Origin: an uncultured Acidobacteriota bacterium
GTDB lineage: Bacteria; Acidobacteriota; Thermoanaerobaculia; UBA5066; Gp7-AA6
DNA: 64,000 bases
Assembly: GCA_963825175.1 (NCBI GenBank)
Contig: CAWGSA010000001.1
Location: 50,576 to 114,575 of the forward strand
Reading direction: 5' to 3'
Shown here: positions 1-8,470 of the stretch, piece by piece
Numbering within the stretch: position 1 is the stretch's first letter
Layout: each line of letters starts with the position of its first letter
Made by a program: the position numbers and the translations under genes
Notes under the pieces: model-generated
Database searches by the model: none
What the model saw: only the letters and a program-made list of their open reading frames with translations
Told to the model about the DNA's origin: nothing

Positions 1-885
1 GGCCGTCCGAAAGACCGTGGAGCCGGCTCCCCCGTCGACCGACGCATAGACGACGCCCGTCGACGCGGGCCCGGCGGCGACGGCTCGGAGGAGGCCCGGA
101 GCCAGATCGCCTTTCGCCGATTGCCACGTGATCCCGAGATCGACGGATTTCAGCAGATCGCCCGACACGCCGGCGTAGACGGCGGAAGGAGCGCCCGACG
201 CGATCGAGAGCGCCAGCACCGCGGCGGTCGGGAAGTTTCCGGCCGGCGTCCACGACGCGGCGCCGTCCGGGCTGCGATAGACGCCGGTTCCGGTTCCGGC
301 ATAGAGGGTCGACGAATTCGCTGGGTCGATCGCCAGCTCCTGCACGGCCAGGCCCTGCAGTCCAAGGTTCGCCGCGGTCCATGTCGCGGCGCCGTCTACG
401 GACTTGAAGACGCCGCTCGGCGTCGCGGCATAGAGCGTTCCAGGCGTCGCCGGATCGGCCGCCAGCGCGCTGATTCCGATGTCGGTGAGGCCGCTGTTCG
501 CAGCGGTCCAGGACTGCGCGGCATCCGGCGAACGAAACACTCCCGCCGGCGTGCCGGCATACAGGACCGAGGGATTCGTCGGGTCGATCGCGAACGCGGT
601 CAACACCCGGCTGGGCAGGCCTGCCGAGGACAGGGTCCAGCTGGCGCCCGAATCGACGCTCCGATAGACCGACCCACCGCTGGGACCCTGCGGAGCAAAG
701 CGCGACGTCCCGGCGTAGATGGTGGATCGGGTCTTCGGATCGACGGCCAGTACGGAAACGACCGCTCCGCCGTCGGGCCCGATGCTCGTCCAACTCGCTC
801 CCGCCGGCGAGAGACGCGCCTGGCCGGAAACGACGCCCGCCACGGCCGCGGCCGACAGGGCGAGGCAGACGGCCGTCGCTCTCAC
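1..885 (-). CDS. BNR/Asp-box repeat beta-propeller protein, secreted; first 295 codons only (gene runs off the left edge)
   Basis: Absent from the ORF track because the frame never closes inside the window. Manual minus-strand translation starts at GTG 885, giving (M)RATAVCLALSAAAVAGVVSGQA, a signal-like N-terminus. Repeated SxDxGxxW Asp-boxes follow (RSVDSGASW, RSPDAAQSW, KSVDGAATW, RSPDGAASW, KSVDLGITW), separated by ..DP..P.T(L/V)YAG.. blades. GTGA start/stop overlap with the upstream gene at 882-885. Confidence 0.8.
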   Translation of the reverse strand, partial: MRATAVCLALSAAAVAGVVSGQARLSPAGASWTSIGPDGGAVVSVLAVDPKTRSTIYAGTSRFAPQGPSGGSVYRSVDSGASWTLSSAGLPSRVLTAFAIDPTNPSVLYAGTPAGVFRSPDAAQSWTAANSGLTDIGISALAADPATPGTLYAATPSGVFKSVDGAATWTAANLGLQGLAVQELAIDPANSSTLYAGTGTGVYRSPDGAASWTPAGNFPTAAVLALSIASGAPSAVYAGVSGDLLKSVDLGITWQSAKGDLAPGLLRAVAAGPASTGVVYASVDGGAGSTVFRTA

Positions 886-2880
886 GACCGAGGCTCGAGG
901 CGGCGCGGCTCTCCGCGAGATGGAGGGTTGGGGATCGGCTCTCGATCGGCCGATCCGGAAAGGAGGCGGAACACCCCGCCGCCGTCCGTGCCGGCGTAGA
1001 GAGCTCCGGCGGAGTCGAAGACGAGCGCGTTGATTCTCCGATTGGTCAAGCCTGAATTGATCGCGGTCCAGGAAACGCCTCGGTCCGCGCTGACGAAAGC
1101 GCCCGCGGTCGTGCCGGCGTAGACCAGGCCCGAGGCCGGATCGAGGGCGAAGTTGAAAACGGCCGCCGATTCGAGTCCGGCGTTGGCGGGCGTCCATGTC
1201 GAGCCGGCGTCCGCGCTCCTGTATGGACCCGCGGTCGTCCCCGCGTAGACCGTCGCCGGCGCGGCGGGATCGATCGCGAGGGCGTAGACAATGCCGCCGG
1301 GCAGGCCCACGCTTGCCGACTTCCACCCCGCCGCGCCGTCGGTCGTCTTGAAGATCCCGGCCGCCGTTCCCGCGTAGAGAGTGGAAGGGGAAGCAGGAAT
1401 CAACGTCAGCGCAAAGACCATCATCGACGCCAGCCCGGTTGAGGCCGCGGCCCAGTTTTCCCGCGCCGTCGGTGGACTTGAAGACGCCGCTGAATGTGCC
1501 GGCGTAAATCGTCGAGGGGGAAGAGGGATCGATCGCGAGATCCTCCACGATGGTGTTGGTCAACCCCTGGACGTTCGTGTTGGGCAGACCGGTGTTGGCG
1601 GGATGCCAAGTCGCGCCGCCGTCCGTCGTCTTGTCGACCCCGAAACCGCTTCCCGCGTAGATCGTCGTCGGGGTCTCCGGATCGAGCGCCAGGGCGTCGA
1701 GCGTCCCGACGGGAAGAAGCGTCGTCCACGTCGTTCCCCGGTCGGATGTCTTTTGAATGCCCCCGTTCAGGGCCGCGTAGACCGATCCGTCGGGACCAGG
1801 CGCCAGGGCCAGGACGATCGAGTCATGGAAGCCCGAATACGAGACCTTCCACGACGCGCCGCCGTCGGTGGTCTTGGACACCAAGCCGGCCGCGATCGGC
1901 AGCCGTCCGGTCCCCGCGTAGATCGTGGACAAAGCCCCTGGATCGGCCACCAGACAGTTGACGACGCCGGGCACGCCTGCATCGACCGTCCAGGTCGCGC
2001 CGCCGTCGACCGATTGGAAGGCGGCCAGGTCGGTCCCCGCCAGAATCTTCGTCGACCCGCCGCCCACGAACGCGAAGGTGCTGACCGCCAACGACACCAG
2101 CCCATTGCTCGCGGGAGACCACTTCGATCCGCCGTCCACGCTCTTGAAGATGCCGCCGTTGGTCGTTCCGGCGTAGAGCGTGGACGGAGCCCCGGGATCG
2201 AACGCCAGGGCTTGAACGTGGAGATTGGCGAGACCGCTGTTGATCGCCGTCCAGGCCGCGCCGCCGGTGGTGGATCGGAAGACGCCTCCCTGGATCGTCC
2301 CCAGGTACAGGGTGCCGGCGGGAGAGATAACCAGAGTCCGTGGATTGGTCCCCGAGAGCCCGGCGTTGATCGCCGTCCAGCTCTGCCCCCGATCCGTGGA
2401 CTTGTAGACGCCGACGTCGGTGCTCACCGCGTAGACCGTGGAGGGAGCGGCCGGATCGAAGACGACGGCGTTCATGATCGTTTGAGGGACCGCCACCGTC
2501 TCCCAGCTCGAGCCGCCGTCGGACGTTCGGAAGAGGCCGGTGAGAGCGCCCGCATAGAGCGTCGCGGGGTCGGTCGGGTCGACAGCCAGGGCGTGCACCT
2601 CGGGATCGGGAAGAGCGGCTTCGGAGAACCAGCTCCCCGCGCCGTCGGTCGACTTGTAGACGCCGCCGCCGTCCGTTCCGACATACACGATGGAGCTCGA
2701 CCTCGGATCGACGGCAATCGCGAGAACCGCGACTCCAACGTGCGGGCCGAGCGGGATCCAGCTTGGACCGGAGGCCTGGACCGCGCCGTAGCTGGGCGAA
2801 CAGAGAGCTGCCAGAAACAACAGCGTTAGGCTTGTCCTCGCGAAAAGACGTTTCGTCATCAAAGTCGGACGTCTCGTCAT
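882..2880 (-). pseudogene. BNR/Asp-box repeat beta-propeller protein with signal peptide; frame broken by a 1-nt indel near 1455-1460 (true pseudogene or assembly error)
   Basis: Manual translation starts at ATG 2880 (alternative ATG 2859): MTRRPTLMTKRLFARTSLTLLFLAALCSPSYG. At least 8 Asp-boxes follow (KSTDGAGSW, RTSDGGSSW, KSTDRGQSW, KSVDGGSKW, QSVDGGATW, KTTDGGASW, KTSDRGTTW, KTTDGGATW). That frame reads sensibly to ..FKSTDGAGK (about 1460). The sensible sequence then continues in another frame (ENWAAASTGLASMMVF.., track ORF 882..1424) to TGA 882-884. The upstream part is missing from the track because its frame stays open to the window edge. Confidence 0.8.
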
Positions 2881-3017
2881 TGCCTCGAAGGCGTGGAACC
2901 TTCTCATTTTCAACGTATTGTGCTCCCAGTTTTCGGGCGAGCGTTCTTGGGTCCGCCTTTCTTTGCAAAGAGCGGTCCGCGCGGCACAGGCCTGCGCCGC
3001 CCGCCAAGGAGGATGTC

Positions 3018-4652
3018 ATGACGAGGACCCTCATCGGCGCCGGAATGGCCGCGTGGGCTTTGGGTCTCTCCGCGCAGACGGCTCCCCAGGATCGCGTTCA
3101 GGAAAAGGTCCAAGTCACGGTGAGAACGGTCGTCGCCGTGGTGACGGATGGCGTCGGACGGCGGCTCGCTTCACCGCCGTCGATCGAAGACCTCGAATTC
3201 CTGGAGGGAGGACAGCCGGCGCCGATCGTCGGGATCGAGCCGTTGAATGGCCCTGCAGGTCCGGCGCTCGAGACTGCGGTTACGCAGCCGCAGTCCCTGG
3301 CCACCCCGGCTCATCCGTGGCCGGCGGCTCAGATTGCTCAGGTCCTCTACGTGGATCCGCTCTTCGTTTACCGGGGCTCGGCAAGCACTTACCGCGATAC
3401 GCTGGCGCGGAGTCTGGATCCGATCCTGGCCCGAGGACCGCTCCGGATCGTCCTGGCCGGGAACCCGCCCAGGGATCTCGTGCCTTCGACGACGGATGCT
3501 GCGGTCGCGAGGGCGGGCCTGCAGCGACTCCCGCGGGAAGCCAATGGCCTTGCGAGCCTGCTCGAAGCGCGCCGAAAGCTGATTGACGATTCGAGGGCGC
3601 CCCTGCGCGAGTGGCAATTGGCCGCCCGGTTCGCCATCGCCCGGGATATCGAGCGCATCGAGTCGTCGATGGAGAGCCTGGAGCTCTGGGCGGCCCAGAA
3701 TCCGCCGCCACGTCACACGATTCTCTATCTCATCACCGACGGCTTCGAGCTCGATCCGACCGATTTCTATTTTGCCTGCTCGAATCTCTGCCCGCCCGAC
3801 AAGATGCTCGAGCGCGAGCGCTTCCGCAAGGAGTTCGGCCGGCGCATCCCGCGGCTCCTCGACCGTGTCAGCGCCGATCTCGTCAGCTTGAACTTCCTGG
3901 TCGTTCCGATCACCAACGGAGTGCCTCCGGAGATGGGGTTTCCGGAATCGCCCGCTAGCCAGCGAGTCTCGTTCCACGAGACGGCCGCGGACGCCGTGCG
4001 TCCGATCGCTTCTCCCCAGAGCCGCCTGGTCTTCCAGCCGACCGATCCTCTCTACACCGTCGCAGAGGCCACCGGGGGCGAGGTGGTAATCGGCGCGGGC
4101 AAGCTGCGCCAGGCCCTCGATCGCTTTAACGACGCCTACGTCGTCTCGTATCAGTCGCCGTCGGGAGCCGATGCCACAGCCCATTCCCTCGAGTTGCGGG
4201 CGAAGAGACCGGGGATGGTCGTTCGCGCCGCCCGCGCCATCGCCGGAGGCGCCGCCGCTCGAACGATCCTGGCCCACGGGCAGGCCATGAAGGCCCTCCA
4301 GGGCTCGACGGCGGGAGGGAGAGTCGGTGTGGCCGCCTCCCTCGAGAACGTCCGAAAAGAGAGGGGCAAGACCGCCGGGTCGCTCGTCGTCACCGCCGAC
4401 CTCGGCGGAGTCGTCGAGGCCGTCTCCCATGACGTCGCTCCCAGGGCGCGGGTCACGATCGCGGTCGAGACCGACGACCCGACGCCGTTCTTCCATACCG
4501 AGGAGCTCGACGTCAAAAGGTCCGGCGAGGGCACGGTCTGGACCTACGAGACGCCGATGACCTGGCCGCGATCGGCCCGCCGCGTCACCGTGCTGGTCGA
4601 AGAGCTGCAGTCAGGACTCTTCGGCACCGCCGCCGCGGAGCTTCCGAAGTAG
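3018..4652 (+). CDS. VWFA-related (Acidobacteria-type) domain protein, secreted, paralogue 1
   Basis: Track ORF 2763..4652. Start moved to ATG 3018, behind AAGGAGGA (3006-3013). Signal peptide MTRTLIGAGMAAWALGLSAQ. N-terminal beta module KVQVTVRTVVAVVTD..DLEFLEGGQP, VWA-like ILYLITDGFELDP, and C-terminal ATGGEVV...YVVSYQ...HSLELRAKRPG, as I recall for the VWFA-related Acidobacterial domain family. Confidence 0.8.
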   Translation: MTRTLIGAGMAAWALGLSAQTAPQDRVQEKVQVTVRTVVAVVTDGVGRRLASPPSIEDLEFLEGGQPAPIVGIEPLNGPAGPALETAVTQPQSLATPAHPWPAAQIAQVLYVDPLFVYRGSASTYRDTLARSLDPILARGPLRIVLAGNPPRDLVPSTTDAAVARAGLQRLPREANGLASLLEARRKLIDDSRAPLREWQLAARFAIARDIERIESSMESLELWAAQNPPPRHTILYLITDGFELDPTDFYFACSNLCPPDKMLERERFRKEFGRRIPRLLDRVSADLVSLNFLVVPITNGVPPEMGFPESPASQRVSFHETAADAVRPIASPQSRLVFQPTDPLYTVAEATGGEVVIGAGKLRQALDRFNDAYVVSYQSPSGADATAHSLELRAKRPGMVVRAARAIAGGAAARTILAHGQAMKALQGSTAGGRVGVAASLENVRKERGKTAGSLVVTADLGGVVEAVSHDVAPRARVTIAVETDDPTPFFHTEELDVKRSGEGTVWTYETPMTWPRSARRVTVLVEELQSGLFGTAAAELPK

Positions 4653-4694
4653 AGATGCCTGCTGGCGCAGGAAGCGCAGTCGAGGAGGTACACC

Positions 4695-6395
4695 ATGGCA
4701 CCCGTCGCTCGGGCTTTCGCGGTTCTGGCTCTCGCCGCTGCAGCCTTCGCGTCCGCCCAGGCCTTCCGCGAGAACGTGAAGGTCGGGCTGGTGGCCGTTC
4801 GGCTGGATGTTCGAGGAGCCGACGGCAAGCCGCTGCGCGACCTGAAGCCTTCCGAAGTGCATCTCTCGGTGGACGGCAAGAGCTGCAAGGTCGAAGGGCT
4901 CGATCTCGTGTCCTCGGCCCCCGCCGCCGCGAGCGCGGCGCCGGCGACATCCGCTCCGCCGAGCCCGACGGCCGATGCTCCCGCGGCGCCGCCGAACGTC
5001 GAGCTCTACCTGGACGTGCTCTTCGACGAGACCGCCACCAACTCTCTCGACCGGCGCGACATCTTCCGCGAGCTCGCCTCCTTCCTGAAGGACAAGACGT
5101 CCCCCGCCGTTCACGTGATGCTCCAGAAATTCGACGGACACGTTCGGACCGAATGCCCGTGGACGACCGATCCGGCCGCCGCGGTCAAGGCTCTCGAAAA
5201 GATGCAGAAGCACATGTCGGACTCCCGGATGCCGAGCCCGAGCGAGCTGGCGGACGAGGTTTCGAGCGGCCGGAAGGCCCGCGATATCGAGATGCAGGTC
5301 GACCTCCACGGTCGCCGCAGCATCGACGCGATGACGCAGGCGCTCATCCGGTTTCCGGAAGTTCCCGGCAGAAAGGGCCTCGTCGTCGTCACCGACGGGA
5401 CCCCGCTTCTCACGCCCTACGAACTCGCGATGTCGCTCCACGACTCCGAAGCGTCGCAGCGCGCCGACAGCCTCAATTCGCTTCAGAGTCACGGCGATAT
5501 GGACGCCGCCAGGCAGCTCGCGAAGGAGCTCCAGCAGGAGTCCTTGACAGCGTTCGAGCAGGCGACCGGATCGGTCGGGACGTGGGCCAGCCGGCTCGCA
5601 CGCGTTACGAACAAAGCGCTCGCTCTCGACATCGCGTTCTACCCCGTCGACGCCGAGGCTCCGGACCGAGGGACGAACCCGGGCGTCTCCTCGAAGTGGC
5701 CGGGGCGATCGATGCCCGGCGTCTCGGTCGGTAGCATGCCGGGAACGGGCGACATGACCGCGCGCGTCGGAGTGACGCAATCGATGAATGCGTTGGCCGA
5801 CATGACCGGCGGGCAGGCGATTCTGACGCCACGCCTGGTCTCGGGCCGGCTCTCGACGATCGCGGACGAGCGCGCCTCCGGGTACATCCTCACCTTCCGC
5901 GATCCCAAGCCGGGCGACGGCAGATACCACACGCTCGGAATCGCCGTCGATCGCCCCGGCGCCCGGCTGACCTACCGCCGCGGCTACCGCGTCCGCGGCG
6001 AGGATGAGCGCACGCTCGATGCCGTGCTTGCGCACCTGGACGAGCCGGCCTCCGTCAATCCTTTCGATCTCAAATTGTCCTTCGACCTCGTCGGCAAGGA
6101 GAACGGCCGGGACGTCGTCGCGATGCGCCTGGAGTACTCCCCCGCCGAAGCGCCCGGAGAGGCCGCGGCGTCCCGAGACATCCAGGTCTGGGCCGTCTGC
6201 GCCGACGACGAGGGGAACCGGGCGACGCCGATCGTCGTTCGGCGGGCGGCCGGGCGCGTTCCGGATGCTAAGAACCTCTCTTACGGCGACACCCTGCAGT
6301 TGAAGCTCCCGCCCGGACCGTACACCTGGAGCGTCGCCCTCCGGGATGCCGCGAGCGGGGTCACCTCGTACGCCGTGCTGCACAGGAAGCTGTGA
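4695..6395 (+). CDS. VWFA-related (Acidobacteria-type) domain protein, secreted, paralogue 2
   Basis: ATG 4695 behind GAGGAGG (4682-4688). Signal peptide MAPVARAFAVLALAAAAFASAQA. Same module order as paralogue 1: NVKVGLVAVRLDVRGADGKP..EVHLSVDGK, GLVVVTDGTPLL, MTGGQAIL...YILTFRDP..DGRYHTLGIAVDRPG..TYRRGYR. Confidence 0.8.
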   Translation: MAPVARAFAVLALAAAAFASAQAFRENVKVGLVAVRLDVRGADGKPLRDLKPSEVHLSVDGKSCKVEGLDLVSSAPAAASAAPATSAPPSPTADAPAAPPNVELYLDVLFDETATNSLDRRDIFRELASFLKDKTSPAVHVMLQKFDGHVRTECPWTTDPAAAVKALEKMQKHMSDSRMPSPSELADEVSSGRKARDIEMQVDLHGRRSIDAMTQALIRFPEVPGRKGLVVVTDGTPLLTPYELAMSLHDSEASQRADSLNSLQSHGDMDAARQLAKELQQESLTAFEQATGSVGTWASRLARVTNKALALDIAFYPVDAEAPDRGTNPGVSSKWPGRSMPGVSVGSMPGTGDMTARVGVTQSMNALADMTGGQAILTPRLVSGRLSTIADERASGYILTFRDPKPGDGRYHTLGIAVDRPGARLTYRRGYRVRGEDERTLDAVLAHLDEPASVNPFDLKLSFDLVGKENGRDVVAMRLEYSPAEAPGEAAASRDIQVWAVCADDEGNRATPIVVRRAAGRVPDAKNLSYGDTLQLKLPPGPYTWSVALRDAASGVTSYAVLHRKL

Positions 6396-8467
6396 CGGCC
6401 AACAATAAATATATTGTGTCCCGGTTGGTCGGCGCCGCCGCTGTTCTCTTCCAGGGAGCAGCCCTTCTGCTATTCACGCCGGGACCGGCAGCGGCGCAGG
6501 AGGTGAAGCCCCCGGGCTACACCGAGAAGGTCGAGGTCAACGTCCGCACGGTTCTCGCCGTCGTCACCGATGAGAAGGGCAAGCCCATCGAGAGACCTCT
6601 CTCGCCGCAAGAGGTCGAAGTGCTGGAAGACGGCGTCCCGGCGAAGGTTCTGGGTGTCGATCCGATCCCGGCGACGGCGCATGCCGCGAAAGAGCCACGG
6701 CCCTCACCCGCGACGGAGGTCGAAGCGTCCGCCGCCTCGCGTCCGATCGAAGCGATCCCGCAGATTTTCTATCTCGACGCGAGTCTCCTTCAGGCACGGG
6801 GCGTCCAGAAGGCCGCCTTGGCCGTCGAGAAAAATCTCGCCGCGATCCTCCCGCGCGGCCCGCTCGCGATCGTGGTCGCCGATCCGGAGGCCGTGGTCGT
6901 CGTTGCGAGCACGACCGACGCCGGCCGATTGCGCCTCTGGCTCAAAGACGCCTCGGCGAAGGTCCCGGGACGGGACCGTCTGGGAGACGTCCGCAAGAGC
7001 CTGCTCGAAGCCCGCAGTTCGAGCCGGGCGGGGGCCGAGACGAGCCGGGAGCGAATCGCGCGAACGCGCGCCTCGGTCCAACAGGAGATCCGGATCGTCC
7101 AGCAGTCGCTGGAGCGGCTCGAGGCGTGGGTCGAGAGCGCGCGGATCCGGCCTCCGGCGATCCTCTACCTCGCCAACGACGGCTTCGACATCGACCCGAC
7201 CGCTTTCTACATCAGCCTCCTCGACCCCGCCGGAGCGAGCGGCGAAGAAGCACGCGAGACCACGCAGCTTCGCGCGGAATTCTCCGCCGCGATCCCGAAG
7301 CTGGTGACTCAAGCCTCCGACTCTCTGGCCCGCGAGGGCGTCACCGCGATCCCGCTGGCGGTCGGTGGCTCGGAAGCGGTCTTCGGCAATGACGCCGCGA
7401 CGATGGGCAAGAGAAGCTACGCCGAGTTCCGGCAGCCGCTCTCCTCCACGCCGACGTTTCTTTTCGTGCGCCCGCTCGACGCGCTGCGACAGATCGCCGA
7501 TGCCACCGGCGGCGAAGTCGTCACGCAGGAGAAGAACTTCGCGCTGGCGCTCGACCGCCTCCGCCACGCCGTGGCCATCACCTACCGAATGTCCCATCCG
7601 CCAGACGGACGGCTTCATCGGCTGGAGGTGCGGTCTCTGCGGCCGGATGTCGCGCTGCACGTCGCGCGATCGGTCTTCGGAGGCTCGGAGCCTTTCGCGG
7701 CTTCGGCGCAAACCGCCGTGGCGGCGCTCCAGGAAAGCCCAGTCGCGGCGACCCTCCCCGTCGAGCTAAGCATCGATCTGCTCGACGTCAAGCCCGACAA
7801 GCGACGTGTCGGCGAGATGCACGCCTTCGTCGACTTGAGCTCGATCCTGGAGCCGCTCGAGAAGGTCGGTCCGGGGCGCATGCGTGCGACGGTCGCCGTC
7901 CAGACCCCGGGGAAGGCCCCGTTCATTCACCACGAGGAGATCGAGCTCGTTCGGGAGAGCTCCGGAGCCGACTGGACCTACGAGGCGCCGCTGGAGTGGC
8001 CCCCGGAAGCAAGACGCCTCGCTCTCACGGTCGAGGAGTTGAAGACCGGCACGCGCGGAGTCGCTTCCGCCGATCTGCCTTCGCCCGACGGAGCGGAAGT
8101 CGCAGCGCCTGAGGAAAAGCCCGCTCCCGCCAACGAGCTGCCGCTTCGGGTCGAGCTCCTTGGCGTGAATCGCCATTCCAAGCAGCTCGCCGCCACGCTA
8201 CGGATCACGATCGGCACCGCCCAAATGGCCGAGGCGCTGACGGGAAGAGCCGGTCGGATCCGAGTCCAGGTGTTGGCTCGGTTCCCGGCGAACCCGAGAG
8301 TCTCCATCGTGGACGGATTTGCCACGCTGCACGGCGACACGGACACGTGGAGCACCGACGTCCCGGTGCGCTGGTCGGCGGACGTTCTGGGACTCACGGT
8401 CATGGTCACCGAGCTGGCGACCGGAATGCATGCTTCGGCCGTGCTCGAGCCGTCGAGCTGGAAGTAG
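6392..8467 (+). CDS. VWFA-related (Acidobacteria-type) domain protein, secreted, paralogue 3 (duplicated C-terminal module)
   Basis: GTG 6392 overlaps the previous stop (GTGA). Hydrophobic leader VGAAAVLFQGAALLLFTPGPAAAQ. Motifs KVEVNVRTVLAVVTDEKGKP..EVEVLEDGVP, ILYLANDGFDIDP and ATGGEVV...AITYRMSHPPDGRLHRLEVRSLRPD. Two C-terminal roughly 110-aa modules resemble the tail of paralogue 1 (..WTYEAPLEWPPEARRLALTVEEL..). Confidence 0.8.
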   Translation: MTANNKYIVSRLVGAAAVLFQGAALLLFTPGPAAAQEVKPPGYTEKVEVNVRTVLAVVTDEKGKPIERPLSPQEVEVLEDGVPAKVLGVDPIPATAHAAKEPRPSPATEVEASAASRPIEAIPQIFYLDASLLQARGVQKAALAVEKNLAAILPRGPLAIVVADPEAVVVVASTTDAGRLRLWLKDASAKVPGRDRLGDVRKSLLEARSSSRAGAETSRERIARTRASVQQEIRIVQQSLERLEAWVESARIRPPAILYLANDGFDIDPTAFYISLLDPAGASGEEARETTQLRAEFSAAIPKLVTQASDSLAREGVTAIPLAVGGSEAVFGNDAATMGKRSYAEFRQPLSSTPTFLFVRPLDALRQIADATGGEVVTQEKNFALALDRLRHAVAITYRMSHPPDGRLHRLEVRSLRPDVALHVARSVFGGSEPFAASAQTAVAALQESPVAATLPVELSIDLLDVKPDKRRVGEMHAFVDLSSILEPLEKVGPGRMRATVAVQTPGKAPFIHHEEIELVRESSGADWTYEAPLEWPPEARRLALTVEELKTGTRGVASADLPSPDGAEVAAPEEKPAPANELPLRVELLGVNRHSKQLAATLRITIGTAQMAEALTGRAGRIRVQVLARFPANPRVSIVDGFATLHGDTDTWSTDVPVRWSADVLGLTVMVTELATGMHASAVLEPSSWK

Positions 8468-8470
8468 CCG